Shown: positions 8,671-16,348 of the stretch, piece after piece
Position numbering within the stretch: position 1 is the stretch's first letter
Layout of the letters: each line of letters opens with the position of its first letter
Source: a virus
Taxonomy: Duplodnaviria > Heunggongvirae > Uroviricota > Caudoviricetes
Strand: one strand, 5' to 3'
Length of the DNA: 24,534 bases
Virus record (IMG/VR): IMGVR_UViG_2698536676_000006
Notes under the pieces: generated by a model
Database searches by the model: none
What the model was told of the DNA's origin: nothing
What the model saw: only the letters and a program-made list of their open reading frames with translations
Program-made: the position numbers and the translations under genes

Positions 8671-11428
8671 TGTTTCCACTGGTCAGGCCACCCCGCAGCA
8701 GGTCTGCTTTGCGGTGGGCGCGTTCAGTTGTTTCACTGATTCTCTGTGCGTGCTCTGCGTCGCGGATGGCGCGCAGCATGTCAGAAAGTACGGTAACGGG
8801 TGTTTTCATGGTGTTCTGGTCTTGCTGAAGTGTGGATGCCAGGCGTGCGGCGGCTTCATGGTCTGATGCCCTTAGTTGTTCCAGATAGCCGGCGACCGGG
8901 TTATGGCGGATCTCCGTGCTGCTTACGCCGTGATTACGGCTCAGGCGCTGCCAGAGCTGCGTGATTCGGCTGTCCGGGCGGGTATCCGGTTTGCGTACAA
9001 TTTCAAATCCCTGCGGTGCAATGATGCTGCCGTCAACGTACAGGCTGCCGCCCCGTAACAGGTGCTGCATCTGCTGTTCACCGATATGCAGGCCGAGAGA
9101 TTCGGCAGATTCCCGCCATTCTTTAGCGAGTAATTCGTGGTTATCAGGCAAAGGCCGCTGCTGTTTGCGGCTCTGTGTCCAGCTCTGCATTTCATCACTG
9201 CTGTTTTTTGCCTGTTTGTCACGCAGCGAACGCATCAGCGCCCGGCGTTCGTGCCGTTTCAGTGAGCGCATCCAGTCATCCACATCAACGCCGTCAGGAA
9301 GCTGCGGCCACAGTGCTGGCCGTTCTTCCGGCTGTTCTGTCCCGTTGTTGTCCGTTTCCTGTACACGGGGACAGTTATTGCCACGAGTCCAAGGGGCGGC
9401 AGGGCCGCCCTGAAGGTCAAAACCATTTTCGTGGGCGTTGTCTTCCGGTTCTGGTTTACGTCTTACCAGCTTCCAGTTATCCGGATGCGTGCACACACGG
9501 GAGGATTCCCCGATGAGTGGTGACCAGATCCCGTAAATCTGTACGCTCTGTTCGCCGTAATCGTTCAGCTCATCTGCGAGGTCGTAGGCGGTGCGAATCA
9601 GGTAGTCCTTGCGTGGAACAAGCACGCCACCCTGTTTTTCAATGTAGGTGGCAAAACACCCGGCATCGGCGGCAGCGAGTACCGCATCCATTGCATCATC
9701 TTTCAGCCGTTGCGGGCCTTCCGGATTGCGTGCCATCTGGCTGGCAAGGCGGCGCAGTTCACGCCACACCTGACGGGAGGGGATGCCAAAGAACTGGAAC
9801 TGACGGACCCGGTGAAGGCGCGCCCAGCCGATGGCGCGCTCCACGCTCTCGGCCATTGATTTTCCGGTTTCGTGGTCAACGCGTGGCTTGCCCGTTTTCG
9901 GGTCGATGCCATCCACGGCGCGGCTGTCCAGGTTCTTTCCGATGTAGGTGGCGATGTAGCTGGTTGGTGTGCCTTTTGAGCCGTCGACATACTCCGCCTT
10001 AAAACGCGGAGTTATGTCATCGCCCAGCTCGTGGCGGTCCTCCTGAATGGCAATATCGCAGACGTGGGACACGATGGTTTCAATCTCGTCCGGATGTGCA
10101 AAGACCATCATATGCCAGTGCACAGTGCCGTCATGGTGAGGCTCCACCGTGCGGATGCCATACCAGCGCAGGCCGTCGCGGTTCAGTTTTTTGCGGACCG
10201 CCGCAAAAAACGTGTTAACCAGGTAATCGCTGGAGTCGCGCATGGTGGCCCCGTTCCATTTGGGGTTCGGATGACCGTTCTCCGTTGTTGCGTGGTATTT
10301 TGACGGGCAGGTGACGGTCAGAAACACCGCTCTGTCGCCACGGGCTTCGGCCAGAAGTTCCAGTCCCTTCATGGTGGCCATCATTTCTGCCTTACGGTGA
10401 ACCGGGTTACTTACTCCCGCGTAATACACCGTCTCGAGATCAATCGTGAACCCGTCTTCATTTTCCAGCATGAAACTTTTCAGGAAATCGCGTGTTTTCT
10501 CGCGCTGTGCGCGAAACTCGCTTAACGCGTCCTGGCTCAGATAGGGGGATGTTTTTCTGGAAACCAGACAGGCGGCGCGGAGTTGTTCTTCCCGCCACTC
10601 ACAACGTAACAGCCACAGTTTGCGTTTCCACCATTCCGCACAGGTCAGGCGAAGGATTGCGCCCGGCAGCAGCTCCGTGTCCGGTTCGTTCCTCCGGTCT
10701 TTGTCTGTTGTCAGTGCGTCATAATGTGGAGGCATGGCGTGCAGGTGTAACGCCATGCGGGCCAGCATCTGATAAGCCTTCAGCGTTACATCCATGGTCA
10801 GCTCGCCATCAGTCGCGCCAAAGCCATCGCAGAGTTTTTCGAAGGTGCTGCTGAACATCGCCGCCGTCATGGTGGCCAGCGTCTGTATCTGGTGTTTGTT
10901 GAGCTGCGGCAGGTAAAGCAAATCATCCAGGCGTTCGCGTCCGGCAAGGGAGCGATAACCCGGTGTCAGCCAGCGGTGGTCGGTGCGGTCCAGACGTTCG
11001 AATATTTTGCGCAGGGTTCCGCACGCGTAGCGTTCAGCCTGCCAGCTCTTGTTGCCTTTCCGGCGATCGGCTTCCTGTTTTTTGCGCAGGAAGGAGAGGT
11101 GGCGAATAAGCGGATCGCGCAGATAGGACGGCAGCAGGCGCAGCGAGGCCATGGCTTCATCCACCGCGCCACGTGCCTGTTTTCTGGCGTCTCCTGCCAG
11201 TGTGATGGTTTTGTCCTGTTTTTCCTGTGCGTCCAGGCTTTTATTAATCAGGTTGCCCAGCGGCGTGGCGGAGAACGCCGCATCAGCCATTTCCTGGCGG
11301 CGCTCGTTCTCTGCCCGGTAGGCATCCAGCCAGGAGGAAAGCGCGGATTCAGGAGCGGGGATCCCCGTTCCTTCACGCCCCACTGCGTGGCGCGGTTGTT
11401 GCCAGTCCCTGATGTACTCTGCCGTCAT
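8606..11428 (-). CDS. Replication initiation endonuclease (P2 gpA-like, HUH rolling-circle nickase) with a C-terminal extension
   Basis: 940 aa; ...TVTCPSKYHATTENG...GIRTVEPHHDGTVHWHMMVFAHPDE... matches the P2 gpA catalytic core (HUH motif HWH). About 180 aa longer than P2 gpA (761 aa as I recall); the last codons run through the 8634-8670 hairpin. Confidence 0.85.
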   Translation of the reverse strand: MTAEYIRDWQQPRHAVGREGTGIPAPESALSSWLDAYRAENERRQEMADAAFSATPLGNLINKSLDAQEKQDKTITLAGDARKQARGAVDEAMASLRLLPSYLRDPLIRHLSFLRKKQEADRRKGNKSWQAERYACGTLRKIFERLDRTDHRWLTPGYRSLAGRERLDDLLYLPQLNKHQIQTLATMTAAMFSSTFEKLCDGFGATDGELTMDVTLKAYQMLARMALHLHAMPPHYDALTTDKDRRNEPDTELLPGAILRLTCAEWWKRKLWLLRCEWREEQLRAACLVSRKTSPYLSQDALSEFRAQREKTRDFLKSFMLENEDGFTIDLETVYYAGVSNPVHRKAEMMATMKGLELLAEARGDRAVFLTVTCPSKYHATTENGHPNPKWNGATMRDSSDYLVNTFFAAVRKKLNRDGLRWYGIRTVEPHHDGTVHWHMMVFAHPDEIETIVSHVCDIAIQEDRHELGDDITPRFKAEYVDGSKGTPTSYIATYIGKNLDSRAVDGIDPKTGKPRVDHETGKSMAESVERAIGWARLHRVRQFQFFGIPSRQVWRELRRLASQMARNPEGPQRLKDDAMDAVLAAADAGCFATYIEKQGGVLVPRKDYLIRTAYDLADELNDYGEQSVQIYGIWSPLIGESSRVCTHPDNWKLVRRKPEPEDNAHENGFDLQGGPAAPWTRGNNCPRVQETDNNGTEQPEERPALWPQLPDGVDVDDWMRSLKRHERRALMRSLRDKQAKNSSDEMQSWTQSRKQQRPLPDNHELLAKEWRESAESLGLHIGEQQMQHLLRGGSLYVDGSIIAPQGFEIVRKPDTRPDSRITQLWQRLSRNHGVSSTEIRHNPVAGYLEQLRASDHEAAARLASTLQQDQNTMKTPVTVLSDMLRAIRDAEHAQRISETTERAHRKADLLRGGLTSGNKKQTETGFTNPVNEQKTRRDI

Positions 11429-11434
11429 AGTGAT

Positions 11435-11800
11435 TTACTTCGTCATGCCATTCAGGGTGTCGCGGCAGACTGTAGCCAGCCGCTGAATTTCCAGCACGGT
11501 GTCTTCTGTGTCGGCATGGCGATGTGTGATGCGGATGCTGTCGGCAATCACATCGACGATTGCAGAGGATGGGCGCTGGTAAATGCCAATAACGGACGGG
11601 GTGCCACCTTCAATGCGGTAAAGCCTGTAATTTCCCTCGTGGCTGTCAATCATGTAGCGACCATCAATAACAATCTTTCCGTCAGCGAGCTGCGGTACAG
11701 GCAGGGATTTCAGGTACATGTCATAACGATCACGCACGCGAGCGGCAAGATCTCGTTCTGTGTTGAGCAGGTATTCAAGAAAGTCGTTGGCGAGAATCAT
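11435..11800 (-). CDS. Hypothetical early-operon protein (121 aa) directly upstream of gpA
   Basis: ATG with AGAGGA Shine-Dalgarno; 6-bp gap to the gpA start. Confidence 0.6.
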   Translation of the reverse strand: MILANDFLEYLLNTERDLAARVRDRYDMYLKSLPVPQLADGKIVIDGRYMIDSHEGNYRLYRIEGGTPSVIGIYQRPSSAIVDVIADSIRITHRHADTEDTVLEIQRLATVCRDTLNGMTK

Positions 11801-11872
11801 TGCGGCAATCCTCTTGTTACAGATGTGCGAAGGCCTCCCGCCGCAAGGTGCAGGAAAGGCCCGGAACAGGAA

Positions 11873-12103
11873 TTAATGGAGTTTGTTTTGCTGCTGGATG
11901 AGCTGTTGAAGCTCGTGCAGATCATCCGCCAGATAGCTGAAAACAGAGGCGGAATAAATGTTTGATAGTGCGTGGCTGCGCTCATGCAGCATATTGATGT
12001 GCATGATTTGCGCGACGCGTGATGCGCGGGAAAGTCTGTGGTTGATTTCAGTCTGGATGTGACGACGCTCCGCGATAGTGCGGTGCTGTTTGCGGTCTGC
12101 CAT
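11873..12103 (-). CDS. Hypothetical early-operon protein (76 aa, basic, no Cys)
   Basis: ATG at 12101-12103 with AGAGG upstream; no recognisable domain. Confidence 0.5.
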   Translation of the reverse strand: MADRKQHRTIAERRHIQTEINHRLSRASRVAQIMHINMLHERSHALSNIYSASVFSYLADDLHELQQLIQQQNKLH

Positions 12104-12425
12104 GGTGTGGCCTCTTTGCTCGGTGATAGAAATAACTCACCATCCAGAGTTGAGAATCTCGGGGTGGCGAGACGTACAGGGTTCTCAACACCGGAGAGCA
12201 AAGAATCCGGCCCGACCGAAGTCGGCCCCGTACGCCCCGCCATAATTCTGACGCGAAAAAGACGTGGCAATACAGTGCGCACAAAAAAACCGCTTGCGCG
12301 GTTATGCGCTTTGCTCTGTATCGGGTTGAGAATCCCGGCACCCGTTTTATGAGCTGCAGCGGAAATGTAACCTGACCGATTGAGGCATGGCAAGCGGTTT
12401 TTTTGTGTGTGCATGTTCTGGTTTC
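12104..12425. other. Structured non-coding gap inside the early operon: nested direct and inverted repeats; candidate ncRNA or regulatory/origin-like element
   Basis: GTTGAGAATC[T/C]CGG at about 12150 and 12325, inverted partner GTTCTCAAC at about 12175; CTTTGCTCT / AGAGCAAAG copies; 18-bp inverted repeat cacaaaaaaaccgcttgc at 12281-12298 and 12391-12408; hairpins TCTCG-N6-CGAGA, CCGGA-N9-TCCGG, GGCCCGAC-cgaa-GTCGGCC. Confidence 0.4.
12283..12310 (-). terminator. Candidate rho-independent terminator (AACCGC-gcaa-GCGGTT then TTTTTTTG on the minus strand)
   Basis: Plus strand reads caaaaaaaccgcttgcgcggtt; on the minus strand the hairpin is followed by a 7-T run. Confidence 0.5.
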
Positions 12426-12725
12426 TTACTGGTTCAGAAAAAAATCAAAAACGTTATCGATGCGTTGCAGCAGCTCTTGCTGCATTGCTTCCGGCGTTTC
12501 CGGTTCGCCAGGTGCCCCCAGCGTTGCGCAGAAATCAGCGATTTCATGATGGAGCGTGAGGCGAATGGCAGGAGCCGTGGTTCTGGCGTGCTCCAGCTGA
12601 TCCAGCAGTGCCAGCACAGCAGACGGCGAGAGCATTGCGCGAAATGCCAGTAATTTTTGAGGCGTTGCCATTCGTTGCAGGGCAAATGCCAGTTCGTGTA
12701 GCTTCTGGTGGTTGATGGTGCTCAT
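12426..12725 (-). CDS. Hypothetical protein (99 aa)
   Basis: ATG with GAAGGAAG Shine-Dalgarno; start overlaps the upstream stop (ATGA). Confidence 0.55.
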   Translation of the reverse strand: MSTINHQKLHELAFALQRMATPQKLLAFRAMLSPSAVLALLDQLEHARTTAPAIRLTLHHEIADFCATLGAPGEPETPEAMQQELLQRIDNVFDFFLNQ

Positions 12726-12988
12726 GCTCTGGCTTCCTTCAGTAGCTGGTTAAACATGTGAGTAAGTGGATTGCTACACCCGAACAGCATCGGGTTTACG
12801 TGGTAAGAAGCCTGGCCTCCTGTTTTGCGAGCGCGACCACCTGTGCTGCGGTTTGTTCTGATGACTAAGCCGCCGCGCCAAAGTCGGCGTAACTCAGCAT
12901 TAATGGCTGTGGTTGGGGTATTCAGTGCTGCGGCGATCTCTCCGCCGCTACACCCCGGATGAGTAGCGATGTAGTCCAGAATGGTCAT
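12722..12988 (-). CDS. Putative winged-helix DNA-binding protein (88 aa)
   Basis: MTILDYIATHPGCSGGEIAAALNTPTTAINAELRRLWRGGLVIR looks like an HTH / winged-helix; AGGAG Shine-Dalgarno; ATGA overlap with the upstream gene. Confidence 0.6.
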   Translation of the reverse strand: MTILDYIATHPGCSGGEIAAALNTPTTAINAELRRLWRGGLVIRTNRSTGGRARKTGGQASYHVNPMLFGCSNPLTHMFNQLLKEARA

Positions 12989-13188
12989 CTGCGTGGCTCC
13001 TGTACCTGTCGGATAAGATTCACCCGCGCCACGTTGGTGGCGCAGAAGTAAGTGCCGTCAGTGAGGTAGATGTGGTGTGCATCCTTTTCCGAACGATGTT
13101 TGTCGATAGTGGTAATCAGGCGTTCGTCGACCTCGTATTCGCGCCCTCTGGAGGTAAAGCGAACGACGGGAAAATGCTTAATTGCCAT
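12985..13188 (-). CDS. Hypothetical protein (67 aa)
   Basis: ATG with AAGGGGG Shine-Dalgarno. Confidence 0.5.
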   Translation of the reverse strand: MAIKHFPVVRFTSRGREYEVDERLITTIDKHRSEKDAHHIYLTDGTYFCATNVARVNLIRQVQEPRR

Positions 13189-13242
13189 TGCGCCCCCTTT
13201 GTCCAGTAACCCTATGCGTTAAATACGGCACATTGCGCGTCA

Positions 13243-13629
13243 TCAATGAATACAGCTTGAGAGCGTTCTATCAGGCGGAGATTTGTCAGAAGCTCTGACT
13301 CTTTTGTGTGGTAAGGCGTTATCAGGTATTTGCCGTGCAGTTCGGCAATAATGGTGTATTGCAGCATCATTGCTGAACCAAGAATATAAAATGCAGCGTC
13401 CAATGCTGGACGGATTCATGGCTGCAACTGTTGACTGTGTTTTAAGAGTGTCGATTTCTTTGCTCTGTTCCTCAATAACTTTGGCTGCTTCAGAGGCGGC
13501 TATTGCGATGGTCAGTGCGTAAAGCGCTGCCATATGTTGATTATCTTTCTGGGCTGCCCTGGACAGCTTGTCTTGCTCTGCTGACACTATTTTTAATGTA
13601 TTGATAATATTTTTTTCTTTTGCGTTCAT
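13243..13629 (-). CDS. Hypothetical protein (128 aa); N-terminal half coiled-coil-like, C-terminal half possibly frameshifted
   Basis: Strong start (GGAG then ATG at 13627-13629); a 63-aa ORF in another frame (13212-13403, TTG start) overlaps the 3' half. Confidence 0.45.
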   Translation of the reverse strand: MNAKEKNIINTLKIVSAEQDKLSRAAQKDNQHMAALYALTIAIAASEAAKVIEEQSKEIDTLKTQSTVAAMNPSSIGRCILYSWFSNDAAIHHYCRTARQIPDNALPHKRVRASDKSPPDRTLSSCIH

Positions 13630-13721
13630 TTTATATCTCCGTTATTTACGTGTGCGAATACCTCCGCGAATGCGGATAGTTTTCAGGTTTTCGGGTTTAA
13701 TCTGGTGTTTTGTTTAAGCTG

Positions 13722-13835
13722 TTATTTGTCAGTAAAAAAGCGTTCAATCTTTTTTACTGAATGAATAATTCGCATAATCCCAATGGCGCAGGCCACCGAA
13801 ATAATCAGAACAAGCCATGAGATAAATATACTCAT
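13722..13835 (-). CDS. Small hydrophobic peptide (37 aa, MSIFISWLVLIISVACAIGIMRIIHSVKKIERFFTDK), predicted single transmembrane helix
   Basis: Not in the ORF track (under 60 aa). Hand-translated: ATG at 13833-13835 overlaps the stop of the 80-aa gene upstream (ATGA coupling); a 20-residue hydrophobic stretch is followed by a basic tail. Confidence 0.4.
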   Translation of the reverse strand: MSIFISWLVLIISVACAIGIMRIIHSVKKIERFFTDK

Positions 13836-14074
13836 GCGATATTCCCCAGCTTATACGGTTCAATGTGTTCCCCGCATTCTGCGGCACAGATCAGCTCGGA
13901 AAGTTCGTTAAGTGCATCCAGATCATCAGCGTAAAAAGCAACGTCATACAAACTCCGGATTGCCCTGGTCAATGAGTCACGGGCTGCATGTTCAGCATGA
14001 GCGCCTGATGCACTTAAGCGAAAATAAAATCGTTCAAGTGCTTTGTTAATGAGAGTTTTATATTCTTTGCCCAT
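13832..14074 (-). CDS. Hypothetical protein (80 aa)
   Basis: ATG with AAGGG Shine-Dalgarno. Confidence 0.55.
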   Translation of the reverse strand: MGKEYKTLINKALERFYFRLSASGAHAEHAARDSLTRAIRSLYDVAFYADDLDALNELSELICAAECGEHIEPYKLGNIA

Positions 14075-14085
14075 CGCAACGCCCT

Positions 14086-14364
14086 TTAATCTGCTTTCTG
14101 AATTTCAGCTTCTGAATCCATACAAATAATTTCGATATAGGGTTCATCGCCATTAACCTGACGTGCCTTTTCAGCTTCGCTAATGATTTCTCGTACGGTC
14201 TGGTACGGAAGCTCCACAGTCAGGCGCGTACCGTTCAGATAAACGTAAGTAGTTGCGTTTTTTTCGGATGGAACAACTCCGTCAATGGCTGATGCGCGTA
14301 ATAACAGTTCACCGCGAAAATCAATAAAACGGATAAATACACCTTGTGCATGCTCTTTGGTCAT
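14086..14364 (-). CDS. Hypothetical protein (92 aa from the ATG at 14362-14364)
   Basis: AGGTG Shine-Dalgarno 5 nt upstream of that ATG; the tool's 14424 start is TTG and overlaps the upstream gene. Confidence 0.55.
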   Translation of the reverse strand: MTKEHAQGVFIRFIDFRGELLLRASAIDGVVPSEKNATTYVYLNGTRLTVELPYQTVREIISEAEKARQVNGDEPYIEIICMDSEAEIQKAD

Positions 14365-14374
14365 AAAGCACCTG

Positions 14375-14725
14375 TTATAAATCAGCCTGTTTAATAAAAC
14401 TTTGCCCGCGAAGCAGACGATCAACCGTGCGAAGTGCTTCGTATAATGTGAAATCCTGCCCGAAGTGATTGTCGCCGCAGTTCAATGCAAAAATGCGGTT
14501 TCCGGTAAACGGATTGCGTGGGCATTTGTGGATCACGATTCCAGCTTTCTCAATCAGCCAGGCATGCTCGCCGATTTGTTTTACAGCGTGGCCATCCGGT
14601 GTTGCGTGCGTCTCGTTCAGGTTATAGCGACTGTTACTACGTGATGCACTGGTAGCGACGTGGTGTACATGGCGTTCTACGCTATTACGAAATTTGGAGT
14701 ATGGATTATTAGCGTTTTTTTTCAT
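14375..14725 (-). CDS. Hypothetical protein (116 aa, His/Cys-containing)
   Basis: ORF with ATG start in operon context. Confidence 0.55.
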   Translation of the reverse strand: MKKNANNPYSKFRNSVERHVHHVATSASRSNSRYNLNETHATPDGHAVKQIGEHAWLIEKAGIVIHKCPRNPFTGNRIFALNCGDNHFGQDFTLYEALRTVDRLLRGQSFIKQADL

Positions 14726-14746
14726 GATGGTGCTCTGTTCATTGTT

Positions 14747-14950
14747 TTAGCTGTTAGCCAAAGCGTCTTTTAACATCGCCACAAGGTTTACTTCAGGCTT
14801 TTCCATTTTGGCGCGTTTGGGGCGGATAATAATTCGACCGTCAGCCAACATCTTTTTGCATGTATTAAGAGGGATACCTGTTATCTCTGCATATTTCTGC
14901 AGGGATACATAGGGGGCATTCACATTGATATTGATGGTTATACCTGACAT
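14747..14950 (-). CDS. Cox/Apl-like excisionase-type HTH regulator
   Basis: 67 aa; ...APYVSLQKYAEITGIPLNTCKKMLADGRI... resembles the P2 Cox HTH region as I recall it; correct position in the early operon. Confidence 0.6.
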   Translation of the reverse strand: MSGITININVNAPYVSLQKYAEITGIPLNTCKKMLADGRIIIRPKRAKMEKPEVNLVAMLKDALANS

Positions 14951-14966
14951 CCCACTAGCCTCCTGA

Positions 14967-15173
14967 TCAGGAAGATTTGTTTTGTTCTTTCTGGGTTAGC
15001 TCTAGGCCGCGAAGGAAGATCATGCGCGCCATGTTAGAGGATGAGCGTTGTTCTTTAGCTGCCATTTCATCAATGACGGCTCGCTCCTCGAGGGACAGCC
15101 GAAGTGCCAGTCTTGGACCTGTGGCGGTGTTACGCGGAATGCGTGATCTGGTATCGTGAAGAACTTGTTTCAT
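14967..15173 (-). CDS. Putative ribbon-helix-helix regulator, first gene of the early leftward operon
   Basis: 68 aa; LALRLSLEERAVIDEMAAKEQRSSSNMARMIFLRGL fits the RHH beta-strand/helix pattern; no clear Shine-Dalgarno. Confidence 0.5.
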   Translation of the reverse strand: MKQVLHDTRSRIPRNTATGPRLALRLSLEERAVIDEMAAKEQRSSSNMARMIFLRGLELTQKEQNKSS

Positions 15174-15248
15174 AGTGGTATATTGTGATCATCTAATAGC
15201 TCGTGAAATCATTTGGTATCAAAAAAGATACCTGTCAAGGTTTTTTGT
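15174..15248. promoter_or_regulatory. Immunity-switch intergenic region between divergent early operon and repressor; 18-bp palindrome GGTATC-aaaaaa-GATACC (15215-15232) as candidate operator
   Basis: Perfect palindrome read directly; a TTGACA hexamer on the minus strand (15233-15238) abuts it. Confidence 0.5.
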
Positions 15249-15653
15249 ATGAAAAATGATATTGGTCAGCGGTTGCGTGAGGAAAGGGAAAGATTGGGAC
15301 TTAGTCAAGTTGCCATGAGCGACATTGGTGGAGTCAAAAAGCTAACTCAGCTTAGATATGAGAAAGGAGATAGCTTTCCTGATGCTGCGTATTTGGCAGC
15401 GCTGTCTCGTTTTGGCCTTGATGTTCAGTATGTTGTGTTGGGAATTCACTCACCTGAAACTTATAACGATGATGAGCAGGAGTTGATTACTCGCTTTCGA
15501 GCAGCTTCGTTAGATGTGAAAAACGCGGTGATTGGGGCTTTAAAAGGTGCGATCAGTGAAAAGGAAACTCAGCCATCAGGACGTGAGTTAAATATTTCTG
15601 GTGGTAATAACCGTATCGCTGGTCGTGACTATAACGAAACTAAGGGTAGGTGA
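15249..15653 (+). CDS. CI/C-type immunity repressor (XRE-family HTH)
   Basis: MKNDIGQRLREERERLGLSQVAMSDIGGVKKLTQLRYEKGDSFPDAAYLAALSRFGLDV is a canonical XRE HTH; ATG at 15249 preferred over the tool's TTG at 15213; integrase-proximal, divergent from the early operon. Confidence 0.75.
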   Translation: MKNDIGQRLREERERLGLSQVAMSDIGGVKKLTQLRYEKGDSFPDAAYLAALSRFGLDVQYVVLGIHSPETYNDDEQELITRFRAASLDVKNAVIGALKGAISEKETQPSGRELNISGGNNRIAGRDYNETKGR

Positions 15654-15668
15654 TAGTAGGGAGGTGAC

Positions 15669-16319
15669 ATGGCCGTCAACTCAAACGGTTCAAACAATCG
15701 CGTTGCTGGGCGTGATTTTCACGAAAAGAATATTCAGATAGAGCGATATGATGGTTCTCATACCGTCAATATCGCAATCCCTTCGAATAATGATGATGAC
15801 GATCGCCCTTTGCTTAAGGCTCAGCGTAAGGAGCTAAATAGCTTGGTTGCTGCTATTGCAGAAGCTAGCAATACTGAAGCGTTTATTATTTGGCAAAAAG
15901 TACATGCGGAGATTGGTGTAGCTGGTATTGATGATATGACAGTAAATCAATATAAAACAGCGGAGAGTTTTCTGCATGCAATGCTTGAGCGATGTAAAGA
16001 TCATGATGCCTGTAAGGCTCTTGTAAGTTTATTACTACGTAACAGTGAAGACTGTGGACTTCGACAAAAACTTCTGCGGTATTGCCATATCAATTTCGGT
16101 ACAGGACGTTTAAACGATCTTACTCGTTCTCAGTTACAGTCTGCATTGTCGTGGTTAGAGCAACAATCGGCATCAAGCCACACAGAGAGTTCGACCTTAC
16201 CAGAAGTCCGACTTCGTGCTTCAGAATTAATCCGACTTTATCCAAAAGAAATAATATTCTTTATCTGCGTAGGGGTTTTGGTAGGCGGTGTCATTTCTAG
16301 GGCGTTTTTTAATTTGTAA
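15669..16319 (+). CDS. Cargo gene: 216-aa protein with C-terminal transmembrane anchor (candidate superinfection-exclusion / abortive-infection protein)
   Basis: GGGAGG Shine-Dalgarno; C-terminal IIFFICVGVLVGGVISRAFF hydrophobic helix; N-terminal SNGSNNRVAGRDFHE echoes the repressor C-terminus ISGGNNRIAGRDYNE; lies where P2 has repressor and integrase adjacent. Confidence 0.65.
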   Translation: MAVNSNGSNNRVAGRDFHEKNIQIERYDGSHTVNIAIPSNNDDDDRPLLKAQRKELNSLVAAIAEASNTEAFIIWQKVHAEIGVAGIDDMTVNQYKTAESFLHAMLERCKDHDACKALVSLLLRNSEDCGLRQKLLRYCHINFGTGRLNDLTRSQLQSALSWLEQQSASSHTESSTLPEVRLRASELIRLYPKEIIFFICVGVLVGGVISRAFFNL

Positions 16320-16348
16320 TCTTACTTGAGCTAAATTGAGGTAATGAT

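Noticed and set aside
8961-10002. Plus-strand ORFs of 150, 113 and 161 aa inside gpA
   Set aside because: Antisense to gpA, Cys/Arg/Ser-rich junk translations, no start context.
10892-11965. 357-aa plus-strand ORF
   Set aside because: Entirely antisense to the well-supported gpA gene; low-complexity Ala/Gly/Arg-rich translation typical of a chance ORF in GC-rich antisense sequence.
12038-12352. Overlapping 104-aa (plus) and 97-aa (minus) ORFs in the structured gap
   Set aside because: They read through hairpins and terminator-like elements and have no ribosome-binding site; the region is better explained as non-coding.
12104-12425. Retron ncRNA or tRNA gene in the structured gap
   Set aside because: The flanking inverted repeats recall retron a1/a2 repeats but no reverse transcriptase is nearby. 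A T-arm-like hairpin (CGGG-TTGAGAA-CCCG) lacks the conserved T-loop and a matching acceptor stem.
13212-13403. 63-aa ORF as an independent gene
   Set aside because: TTG start with no ribosome-binding site, overlapping another frame; more likely part of a frameshifted 13243-13629 gene or spurious.
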